The position numbers and the translations under genes are program-made. A DNA stretch of 64,000 bases from Amoebophrya sp. A120. Taxonomy: Eukaryota; Protista; Dinoflagellata. The DNA lies in contig CAJINV010000004.1 of assembly GCA_905178155.1 (NCBI GenBank), positions 7,632,771-7,696,770 of the forward strand, given 5' to 3'. Positions 38,801 to 47,771 of the stretch are shown here, piece by piece (positions within the stretch are counted from its first letter, which is position 1; the number at the start of each line of letters is the position of its first letter). The notes under the pieces were generated by a model. It did not search any database. It was not told where the DNA came from and saw only the letters and a program-made list of their open reading frames with translations.

Positions 38801-41087
38801 TGCGGAAGCCTCTCGAAACCTGTGATGCTAGAGCTTCCATGCTAGACCTTCTGTGTCATGCAAAAACAGCATGACTCTTCCAGACCCAGACATTTTTGCA
38901 GTTGATACGGTGCAGAAGGGAACATTTTTCCGGCGGTAGCACCCGGTTCTGCTGTACCACTATGCATTGCAAATACGTCTGGGTCTAGAAAAACTTGTGA
39001 TGCAGGGTGAATACCCAGAATGAGGCCATTTCGATTGACGACCAAGCATGACAAATTTTCGAGCTGCTATGTGTAGTTGCCTATTGTTCTGCATGACAAA
39101 CTGCGCCAAAAAAAGTGGCGCTTGGGTAAGTAACGTGCCTGACAGATTTGAGATTCATGCTGACTGAGCATGAAAAGCCTTGCAGTGTTCTTCCCGACGC
39201 CGACCTTTGCAATGAATAACCACTATCCTGTGCAAAAGTATGAGTATCGCACTCGTACTAATTGCAAGTATGCATGACAAATCTTGTCCTTAGGGTAAAA
39301 CAGCATGACAAATTCCAGCTCTCATGCTGAGCAAATTTGTATTGCAATTCATACTACTACGATACTTTTGCAATCAATAACCACGGCGCCATGACGACTT
39401 CGACCGTTTCCGGCCGGTATCAACTGTAAAAGTGTCTGGGTCTGGAAGATTTCCAGGCTTGTCATGCATATTTCGCATGGGCTATGATGCCTGCAATGCA
39501 TGACCTCGCATGACACATTTTTTGCGGGTATCTTGATGCCTATCCCGCATGACAAATGCCCTCTCCGCGGAGCAAAAACTGGACGCCTCTTGTTGCTCAT
39601 GCAATACAGATTTTTTTAGATTCCAGAAATAGCATCACAAGTTGCTTTCTTTCAGACCCAGACATTTTTGCAATCCATAGCCGGGACGCCGGCCCGTCGA
39701 AAAAGGTGTAGGGCGGGGTTTTCAAACTTTCGCTTTTCAGCAGTAGGTGCGAGACCCCGTAAATTTCGCAGTCGACGGTCGTCCCCTCGCGGACGCCGAA
39801 CCCGGTGCAGGCCGGCTCTTGCAGGCATATGGAATTGAAAACTTGTACTAATGCTGGGTTGTGAATAGTGGGTGCTCTGTAAGGCACAGCCAAGCATGAG
39901 AAATATTTGCGCGGCTAAGTCTGTTGCGTTTTCCCTTTCCGCTTCCGCATGACCAACTACGTCTTTGCATAACAAGCAACAGGGTCCCTTCGTGGACACG
40001 CAGCACAAACTCTTTAGTCATGCCAGGCAAGCATAACAAATTTTGCATCCTTTCCACACCCAGTCCCAGACATATTTGCAATGCATAAGGCACGCTTGCT
40101 GGCAAAACTCCCAGGTTTTCGGCGGATGCAGCGCCCGCACCAGTCGCGCCAGCGTCCGCCCGTGGTGCCGGCAGTACCCCACGCCAAGTTTTTCAAACTG
40201 GTCGGAAACGGCCCCGGTAGGCGTATTAAACGCGGCGAGGAGGGCCGCGAGCTCATCGGGGGAAGGGTAGGAGACGTCTACTTGGGTGGTGGAGGAGGAA
40301 GCTGTAGGCGGTGTGATCCTCAGCAAAAAGGTCCCCACCCGCCCTAAGTTCTCATGCAAATCTGCAAGCCTCAGACACGTTTCTCATGCGCAGCCCCAAC
40401 ATGAGGAGCATTCTGTAATGCTCAAAATCTGGGATTTTGTCATGCTGGAATTATAATATTAAGGTGATCGATTTCTGATGTCAGGCTGCACTACCTGAAT
40501 ACGATTAAATTGCTCGCCCGAAGATGAACTTGTCATGCGCGACAGCCAAAAAATGCTGGTTTGTGGAGCAACTCTGGGGAAGAAGTGGGAACGTTGTTAC
40601 AAAGGATACTTATCGTGCCGTTGCTTGTCGAGTTCGAAGTCGTGTAGTTGTATCGCGAGGAAAAATCCCCCCTCCCCCTATTGACAAGGTACGTTTTCGA
40701 AAATTTGTGTTGCTGATTTTTGTCTTGCAAGAAGGCAACTCCACAGGTTCCGCTGCATTATGCAGGCGGTTTGTCATGCTGTTGGGCCTACAGCACGGAC
40801 GTTTTTCATGCTAAGCGACTAGGCCAGGGCCTCTCTACTCTGGCTTGATATGGGTCTGCAGTCCTCTCCAGCAAGACAAATCTGATTTGTGTACGAAAAC
40901 CCAGCATCAGAAACATCGTTTTGAAGATATGGGGACTGGGGATTTTTACTTTTGATAAGTTGCTGGTGGCATTTCCAGCCTCGATGGTGCCGTTGCTGTT
41001 GTTAGCGGAGGCTTCGTGAACGAACAAGCCGCATAACGAGAACAGCTGCAACGCTGACGCACGACGCATCCTCCTTGTTAGTGCCAT
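20806..41087 (-). CDS. Large type-I membrane protein (~2,798 aa): signal peptide, PAN/apple domain, Cys-rich region, kringle, second PAN-like domain, TM helix, long Ser-rich cytoplasmic tail
   Basis: The frame was followed by hand from ATG 41087 to TAA 20806-20808, removing 44 elements plus one TSD each and two GT-AG introns (28745-28880, 30915-30955). The remaining 8,397 nt equal 2,799 codons. Motifs: CQQACLQEPACTGF; YYGCQSRTTTGLRCQTW..PHLH; NFCRNPDG..IWCLTSDP..RFDYC; TM WLGTWIGAFALVFCVGRLLLFLV. Confidence 0.85.
20882..21090. mobile_element. Introner, family F (~210 bp)
   Basis: TIR GAAAAAACTGTTTCACTGTGA; TSD GTGCA/GCGCA. Confidence 0.9.
21191..21443. mobile_element. Introner, family A
   Basis: TSD GTAGG/GTAGG. 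Confidence 0.93.
21722..21973. mobile_element. Introner, family A
   Basis: TSD TCTAG/TCTAG. Confidence 0.93.
22828..23108. mobile_element. Introner, family B
   Basis: TSD AAAAC/AAAAC. Confidence 0.93.
23200..23462. mobile_element. Introner, family A
   Basis: TSD CCCGG/AGCGG (3/5); frame restored. Confidence 0.85.
23619..24022. mobile_element. Introner, family B, diverged and expanded (404 bp)
   Basis: TIR TATCCTGAGYAAAA; TSD TCCGA/TCCGA. Confidence 0.85.
24365..24516. mobile_element. Introner, family C
   Basis: TSD TCGTT/TCGTT. Confidence 0.93.
25075..25283. mobile_element. Introner, family F-like
   Basis: TSD GAACA/GAACA; short TIR. Confidence 0.85.
25717..25992. mobile_element. Introner, family A
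   Basis: TSD TCGTT/TCGTT. Confidence 0.92.
26143..26287. mobile_element. Introner, family C
   Basis: TSD TTTCT/TTTCT. Confidence 0.92.
26340..26591. mobile_element. Introner, family A
   Basis: TSD CACTA/CACTA. Confidence 0.92.
26644..26922. mobile_element. Introner, family B
   Basis: TSD GTACT/GTACT. Confidence 0.92.
27000..27254. mobile_element. Introner, family A
   Basis: TSD TAGAA/CAGAA. Confidence 0.9.
27324..27643. mobile_element. Introner, family D
   Basis: TSD CCATC/CCATC; interior similar to 10333-10648. Confidence 0.92.
27887..28196. mobile_element. Introner, family D
   Basis: TSD GAGCG/GAGCG. Confidence 0.92.
28247..28567. mobile_element. Introner, family D
   Basis: TSD GATCG/GATCG. 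Confidence 0.92.
29565..29854. mobile_element. Introner, family B
   Basis: TSD ACTGT/ACTGT. Confidence 0.92.
30011..30228. mobile_element. Introner, family F-like
   Basis: TSD TGAAG/TGAAG; frame restored (QDIYFNGWEW). Confidence 0.85.
30327..30631. mobile_element. Introner, family D2
   Basis: TSD GGTGC/GGTGC. Confidence 0.93.
31389..31668. mobile_element. Introner, family B
   Basis: Perfect 28-bp TIR TATCCTGAGTAAAAACGTACCCACACCA; TSD TCACC/TCACC. Confidence 0.95.
31715..31993. mobile_element. Introner, family B
   Basis: TSD GTCGT/GTCGT. Confidence 0.93.
32069..32390. mobile_element. Introner, family D
   Basis: TSD CTTTG/CTTTG. Confidence 0.92.
32472..32628. mobile_element. Introner, family C (left end CAT)
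   Basis: TSD CGAGA/CGATA. Confidence 0.85.
32743..33053. mobile_element. Introner, family D
   Basis: TSD TAACT/TAACT. Confidence 0.9.
33129..33407. mobile_element. Introner, family B
   Basis: TSD CCTCG/CCTCG. Confidence 0.92.
33515..33828. mobile_element. Introner, family D
   Basis: TSD ACTGC/ACTCC. Confidence 0.9.
33928..34183. mobile_element. Introner, family A
   Basis: TSD TGCTC/AGTTC (3/5); frame restored. Confidence 0.88.
34257..34514. mobile_element. Introner, family A
   Basis: TSD GCGAC/GCGAC; interior very similar to 8216-8468. Confidence 0.93.
34681..34838. mobile_element. Introner, family C (diverged)
   Basis: TSD AAACA/CGACA; splits the kringle W-C-x-T motif. Confidence 0.85.
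34929..35192. mobile_element. Introner, family A
   Basis: TSD GTAAG/GTAAC. Confidence 0.9.
35270..35521. mobile_element. Introner, family A (inverted relative to 8216-8468)
   Basis: TSD CGGCG/CGGCG. Confidence 0.93.
35917..36230. mobile_element. Introner, family D2
   Basis: TSD CGAAC/CGAAC; right end ...GACA. Confidence 0.9.
36276..36539. mobile_element. Introner, family A
   Basis: TSD CCGGA/CCGGA; ~33-bp near-perfect TIR. Confidence 0.94.
37103..37355. mobile_element. Introner, family A
   Basis: TSD GAGCA/GAGCA. Confidence 0.92.
37456..37744. mobile_element. Introner, family B
   Basis: TSD GCTCC/GCTCT. Confidence 0.9.
38010..38197. mobile_element. Introner, family E
   Basis: TSD TCGTA/TCGTA. 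Confidence 0.92.
38281..38548. mobile_element. Introner, family A
   Basis: TSD CGTAA/CGTAA. Confidence 0.93.
38657..38907. mobile_element. Introner, family A
   Basis: TSD CGGTG/CGGTG. Confidence 0.93.
38961..39218. mobile_element. Introner, family A (first of an abutting pair)
   Basis: TSD ACCAC/ACCAC; right TIR diverged. Confidence 0.88.
39224..39379. mobile_element. Introner, family C (second of an abutting pair)
   Basis: TSD ACCAC/ACCAC, shared with the previous element. Confidence 0.88.
39418..39679. mobile_element. Introner, family A
   Basis: TSD GCCGG/GCCGG. Confidence 0.92.
39828..40087. mobile_element. Introner, family A with left TIR core deleted
   Basis: TSD AGGCA/AGGCA; removal restores the PAN motif CQQACLQEPAC. 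Confidence 0.88.
40315..40608. mobile_element. Introner, family B (old, TSD decayed)
   Basis: Ends GATCCT.../...AGGATA; the frame still requires a 5-nt overlap. Confidence 0.75.
40651..40957. mobile_element. Introner, family D
   Basis: TSD AGTTG/AGTTG. Confidence 0.92.
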
Positions 41088-42502
41088 CCAGGGAAGAAGG
41101 GCCCACGCCCACCGCGAGTCCGGCGTCTACTGAGAAGCCACCTTCATCTTTTGATGTTGGTAGTTTTGCGCCACATAGAGTTTTACACGATGCAGTTCTA
41201 AGGGATGGCTTTTTCAACAATCCGGGTGTCTACTCCGATTAAGTACTTATGATGGTTTGTAGCAGGATGACCCCCTGCACTGCTTTCTCTCATCGATTGA
41301 TTCACCTAGTCTATCATCGATTCTAGTCGTAAAAAAAAAACTCCCACAGTCCACCTCGACCCGGCAAGGCATCGATCCCCCTCAACAAGAAGATCTGGCC
41401 TTCTCTAGTACCAGTATCGGGAGGATCTTCGCGAAATAAGTGGAAAACAAATTGGATCTTTGGACCGAATCGACCGATCTACAGACAAGTTGAGGAAAGA
41501 TCTTGCTCCAGATCCACCGCCGATCTCACCTCCTGAACGCGGTCCTCACGGAAAAAACTTTGCAAGCAAAAAACAGCACGAAAATAAAACACGCACCGAT
41601 TGCTTGTTGAGCAATGGGAGGGACTAAAAAACGATGTTGGAGCGATCGTTATCAGACTAGTACACGACCGATAAAAAAGTAAACCGATTTGTATCAGAAA
41701 AGCTGATACTAGAGATGCGCAAGGAGCCGATTCGGATTTTTTTCGAAAGGCACGCGAAGGGGGCAGAGGATTCTTTACGAATGCTCGGTCGTATTATATG
41801 GATCATCTTCGCAACCGAAGTAGATTGCATAATTGTAGTGGCGATCTGCGAGCACATGCCGTGTATGGAAGTAAGAAGTGACACTAAAAGCCAAGACAAT
41901 CGACGAAAATGAGAGACGCAGAAGCGCCCTCCACCCGAAGACGATCTCTTCGAAAGCGAATCCCCGAGGAACAAGAAACCGAGCGATTTCTCGTCAACAT
42001 TATTTTGTCCAGAAAAACAAGTCGAAAACTGTTGGCCCGAGGCCTTCCTTGTTCGGTCTTTGAAGACTGACTCGCGTCGTGAGTCTTCTCTTTACTTTCG
42101 TGATAGTTAGTTGCACAGACACAAAGATGAGTCACCCGGTCGCGGCTCACAAGTGCGAAATTCCGTTCACCTGCGGTTCGAAGCTTTCCAATTTCTCTAT
42201 TTGCTGTAATACCACAAAGATCTCGCACCCGGGTCGCCCTTGTTGGGTGAAATATACCATGAAGAACGTTCGGTAGTACGTCAGACAAGTAGCGAGCGCC
42301 TGTGCGTCGCTGCCCTGTCGTGTCGCGCACCCTCTATGATCATTAAATATTTTTCGACAGCTCATTTTTTTTTGCAGAGTTCGAATACCCGAAATCTCCT
42401 GGCTCAAATCTTCGGTCTGATTTCCTATCCCCAATGTTTTTGTAGAAAGGTGCTCTGGTATAGCATAGGAAGTACTACTAGCACCGGGTATGTAGAAGTC
42501 GG

Positions 42503-45500
42503 TCAATCGATCTCCTCATCCTCGTCCGCATTCATCACCCTGCTATTACTATCATTCCCCGCGAAAAATTGTTCCTCCATCATCTCCACCTCGGCACCAG
42601 CACCACCGGCGATTTTTTGATTCTTCCCCGACCCGGAATTCCCTCCCCCCGTAGCCGGGTCGTAGTAACCGTTGCCTTCCTTGATGTCCTGCAGAATGTG
42701 CTTCCATTCCAAAACTGGGTAGTTGGCGGATGACGCAGTCTGCACCTGATCCGCTTCGTTGTGGTTTCTTCCTCTACTCTTTTCCGCTGGAGGACTGAGC
42801 GAGCTGCTGTTCCCCGTCTGGTTTCTCCTCCGCGAGGGACTCTGCTTGGGGCTGCGATCACGACGCTTGCAGGGACTCAGATTATCTTGTTCAGCATCAT
42901 GGTCATTATTTTCAGACGCTTCCGCACTGCTGACTTCTTCGTCCTCCGACTCCTCATCCAGCATTCGCTGGTGGCGCTGTTTTATCAAATGTAAAAATGT
43001 CTGGGTCTGGAAGATTGCGAGACTTGTCATGCTAATCTGGCATGACTCTGAACTCTGTATTGCGTGGCCGCAAAGAGCTCCTCCTCCCTGTGGTGCAAAA
43101 ACGCAGTTTCTCATGCGGAATATGCAGCACAGAAGCACGAAGCAACTTGTCATGCTTGGCGGCGCATTGCAGTGCATTTGTTATTGACNTGTCTGGGTCT
43201 GGAAGATTGCGAGACTTGTCATGCTAATCTGGCATGACTCTGAACTCTGTATTGCGTGGCCGCAAAGAGCTCCTCCTCCCTGTGTTGCAAAAACGCAGTT
43301 TCTCATGCGGAATACGCCACTCAGAACCATGAAAAAAACTTGTCATGCTTGGCGGCGCATTACAGTGAGCTCACTATTCTCTTCCTTGCATCACAAGTTT
43401 CCAGACCCAGACATTTTTACGAACCCATATGTTTCTCGAGCTGTTGGTGGAACCAGGTATCGCCAAACGACCCGTCTTCTGTGGAGGCCGACGTGGCAGG
43501 AGCTCCGAACACGCTCGCCGTGCATTTCGTTGCAAGTGGTCCAAGGCCTGCTGGAGTACTGCTGTCGTTCCCCTCTTCCGACGTGCAAGAGGTGCTGTTC
43601 AGCCTTTCCTTCGCGCAACACGCGTCGACCGCGTTGCGCGTCCCGGACAGCCGCTCATCCACACCGGGTAAGGTGTGACTTCCACCATCTTGTTGAAAAT
43701 TTTCCTCTTCCCTTAGCCCGTATCTTCGCATCACCTCGTTCTCTGTCGAATGCAAAAATGTCTGGGCCTGGAAACTTGTGATGCAAGTCAGTCAATAACA
43801 AATGCACTGCAATGCGCCGCCAAGCATGACAAGTTGCTTCGTGCTTCTGTGCTGCATATTCCGCATGAGAAACTGCGTTTTTGCACGACAGGCGAGAGAG
43901 GCTGTTTGTGGCCACGCAATACAGATTTATGGGCCATCCCATGCCAGGTCAGCATGACAAATCTCGCAATCTTCCAGACCCAGACATTTTTCCCTTTGAT
44001 ATTCTCCACCGCGTTTTCCAGCGTTGCCAGCATCTCCTCCTGCTTCACCGATCGCTTGGACCGGAAGAATATGAACTGTAAACATGTCTGGGTCTGGAAG
44101 ATTCTGAGACTTGTCATGCACGTGTTGCATGAGCCAACATGTCTGTGATGCATGCTCTAGCATCACGCCTTTTTTGAGGGCTTCTTGATGCCTATTTGGC
44201 ATGACAAATGCCATCTCCGCGTAGCAAAAAATGCGTTCCCTACTTTGCTGCTCATGCAATACAGATTTTTTTGGAATCCAAATGCAGCATCACAAGCTGC
44301 ATTCTTCCAGACCCAGACATTTTTGAATTTGATAAAGAACCGCGCGCGCCCAGACCCAGCTCCGCCCCAGGGAATCAAATAATGCCACCCGAGGAAGCAA
44401 GCCGAGTAGAACATACTGAACTGCAGCATGTGCAACAGGTGCTCTATGGAAGCGTCAGAATCGAAATCGACAAAATCGAAAAAAATGTGATGCACAAAAT
44501 CGACGCCAGTTGGAGCCTCAGTTTCTAAGTGGCGCATGACAAATTTCGGGACTACCAAAATCCAGTCTGTCATGCTGTTAGGGCAAAGCAGACTGCTCCT
44601 GTCATGCTACTCTGGCAACGCATTGTATACCCCTAAACAGGCTTACAATCGGCCTCATTTGCCTGCTCCCCAATACAGGCCTCGCGTGCCCTACATTTTA
44701 TGCATCGCAAACTTTTCGATTTTGTCGATTTCGATCCTGACACTCCCATATGCTCGTTGTCCTCCGTATTTTTCTCGCCGCCAAAATCGAACTTCGCCAC
44801 ATTCTTCTTCAAAAACGCGTTGCGCTTGAAAAACGCAGTCATCCACTCCTCCCCACCGTTGCTCCACATCCGGTAACACAAATTGTTCCCAATCGCCAGC
44901 CACCACCCCAGCGGCTCCGCGGCCCGGCGGCAGAGCAGCCCGAAAAGAATCGCGCAGCACACGGAGAAGAACACCCCGTACGCGTACAGCCAGTCCTCGT
45001 CCGTGTAGACGGTATCGCACGAAAAAAGTGTTACAGTTACACATTTGTTGTCAATTCAGCAACACAAATTTCTCTTCATGAGAGAGAAAACTTGCAATGC
45101 AGAAATCCCACGGGAAAACACCTGTGAAAGGAGGCTCCTGTGCGTACCCGGCATGACAGAGCTTGTCTGTCTTGCTTGGCCTGCAACACAACGTGTAACT
45201 GTAACACTTTTTTCTCAGGATAGACGGTGCCGTTGTTGTAGTAGCGCTGGGTTTATGCATTGCAAATCAGTCCGGGTCTTAAAGGATGCAAGGTTTGTCA
45301 TGCTTGTCTGGCATGACTGAAGAGTTTGTGATGCCGCGTGTCCAAGAAGAGACCCTCTTGCTTGTCATGCAAAACGCAGCTTGTCATGCGGAAAGCGCAA
45401 CACTAAGCCGCGCAAATATTTCTCATGCTTGGCTGTGCATTACAGAGAATTCACTATTCACAACTCGGCAATACAAGTTTCCAGACCCCGACATTTTTGC

Positions 45501-46517
45501 ATTTGATAGGGTTTTTTTCAAACTCCCAACCTCCAAAATTCTCGGCACGGCGTAGTGCTGTTTCAACTTCTTCTGCGGGCCCTGGTAGGTCCGCAAGCAG
45601 TAACTGAGCGTCGAGTTATAGTCTTCGTTTTCCTCCTCCGCCGTTTCCCATCGCTTCGCGAGCTTCTCCTTCCGATTTTTCGCGTTGCGGGATGAAAACC
45701 GGTACGAGCTACCATCGTCGTCGTCGTCGTCGGTGGTTGCCTCTGCAGTCGTTGATGTTCCAGCTTCGGTAGAAGACGAGGAAAAATAATTATCCGAGGA
45801 AGAATTATCAGCAACATCCTGCCCGCTCCCCACCGCATGAAAGTCCTTCAGCCGGTCGCAAAAGTCCGGCACCCACCCGCTCGGGCAGAACGCGGTTACG
45901 GCGGTCTCCCAGGCCTCGCCCTCCGGGGTCGTCGGAGGAGGCTTGTTGACCACGCGGTCGTGGGAGGAGCTGCGTTTCGTCTCCTTTGTCCAAAACAAAC
46001 TTTTGACCGCCCGGCCCAAATTGAAGTCCCACCACGACGTCGCTCTTGCGGTACTAGGCTGTTGTGAGGACGAAGGCCGCTCCACTGCTGATGTAGTCGT
46101 CGTCGTCGAAGTTGTTGTAGTAGTAGCCGATTTATTCCTGTTGTTCCCACTCTTCTTCTTCGTCCTTCCTGGCGGCCCGATCAGCGGGCCCAGCACATTT
46201 TTCTCCACAGAATACAGCCACGGATCGACCCGACACGCCACCGACCGGTACCAACCGCTCGCCCGCCTGCGGGTCCACTTCGCAAGCACGTTGTCCCGAA
46301 AAAGCCGCATGGGAAAGTTGAAAAACACTTGGCAGCCGAGAAAAAACTGCAGCGCCCGGTGCATGTAGTACCGCCGGTAGTGGTTCGTCTTCTGCATCTG
46401 CGTGGCGACAATCAAGATCCAGCCGAGCATGTGGAGGATGCGGTCGACAAATTCTTCAATGGACTGGTCCGGGTCCCCCGTGTTGAGCACCATGCGGGCA
46501 AGCAGCGTTTCCAACAT
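42503..46517 (-). CDS. Hypothetical multi-pass membrane protein with acidic C-terminus (5' end may extend further)
   Basis: Frame continuous across six elements. Hydrophobic segments WLYAYGVFFSVCCAILFGLLC and LLHMLQFSMFYSACFLGWHYLIPW. Stop at 42503. Confidence 0.7.
42983..43429. mobile_element. Introner, family A, spanning an assembly N (43189) with duplicated left half
   Basis: Outer TSD TGTTT/TGTTT. Confidence 0.75.
43744..44001. mobile_element. Introner, family A (left end TGT)
   Basis: TSD TTCTC/TTCTC. Confidence 0.9.
44070..44334. mobile_element. Introner, family A
   Basis: TSD AAGAA/AAGAA. Confidence 0.92.
44445..44750. mobile_element. Introner, family G (long ~55-bp TIR, core ATCGAAATCGACAAAATCGAAAA)
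   Basis: TSD TGCTC/TGCTC; frame restored (DNEH-LLHML). Confidence 0.92.
45013..45222. mobile_element. Introner, family F
   Basis: TIR GAAAAAAGTGTTACAGTTACAC; TSD GACGG/GACGG. Confidence 0.93.
45254..45508. mobile_element. Introner, family A
   Basis: TSD GGGTT/GGGTT. Confidence 0.92.
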
Positions 46518-47771
46518 GGTGTGGCTGACGACCTGCTGGGGTCTTCTTCTTGATGGACCAACAACTTGCTCTTCGCAAGACTAATAATTTCTACGCAGGC
46601 GGGAGGAGTACTTGAGTCGAAGAACTGCCTGCTCTTCCGGGAATCGGCGTGAAGAAAACGGTGACAAAATCCCCGTTCGGTCACCGGAGTACTAGGCGGA
46701 CTTTACGCAGTGGCCCGCTTGATCAACTGTAGACGGAACTCAAAAATCGCGGGCCGTGGCTGCCCAGAAATCCCCGTGGCTGGATCTGCTCTGCGGACGT
46801 CTTGCCATGACTGTTGTTTTTACCAACATCAGTGTCGTGCGAGAATGTGTGCTGGTGTGGTCTTTTCCGAAGGCAGAAAAGAGTAGTACTATGTTGTATA
46901 ATATTATCGTGCCTTAGAAAATACTACGAAGATGCGAAATGTTTCATGGGGAAAGCCTTTGATGGGGATGATGGCATGAGGGTAGTACTACGCGAAAGGG
47001 GAAACACAACGGGGGAGTAGCAAAAGACATGTTCCTGTGCAGGCAAAATCATCAACTTTCCGCTATCAAAACACACCTCTCTGCCGCTCTTTCACCCTCT
47101 CTCCAAGATTATTTCTTTTTTTTTGCCAGGTGAAAATTAATCAATTATTAAGTGCACAATATCACCGGTACAGGTACAGATACAGAAGATCTCACATCAT
47201 TTGTAGTTGGAAATGCGAATTTTGCTTAAATTCCGAAGGTTCCTTTCCCGAGACAACCGATCGACATAAAGAGAGCTTTTCTCTTTCTTGAACATCGAGT
47301 AAATAACTCAGCTCCAAAATCTACATACTGCACGACGCCGGCGTCAATTGCGCTCGTGCGGACTCCGTTGTTCTTTTGTGAGTAGGTCCTTCTCCTTGCG
47401 GACAACGATTTATTTATCCACTATTTCCTACAACAACTTCCTCAAAGAATTACCGTGTCCTCGCAGTGTAGTGGTGTCTTATCGGCATTCTAAGACGACA
47501 CATCCAGAAGCGTCTGTTAATATTTCTTCGTGCTTTATAGCAAGTGTTGTTGTAATTGTTCATCGACGCTCCTGTTGTCGCATCATGCTCTTGGTGGAAG
47601 AACATATTTCCAGCAGTCATCGAACCGATGCAAAATTCCTCGTGGACGATCAGGGTCAGTCGAAAGAAAACGCAGCTCTGCCTTCACAGATGCTGACGAA
47701 CCCATCAGTTATTTCACGAAAAATCTATCAGTTCATCCACACGTTCAGTTCCTCGACATATCCATCGGCAT

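Noticed and set aside
42983-43429. Apparent nested or tandem duplication within an introner
   Set aside because: The duplication breaks at an N (43189), and the left part switches to sequence matching the neighbouring element 43744-44001. This is likely an assembly artefact.
20882-45508. CRISPR-like array (repeats alternating with unique spacers)
   Set aside because: The repeats are 150-320-bp TIR elements of several families, the spacers are in-frame exons, there are no cas genes, and the context is eukaryotic.
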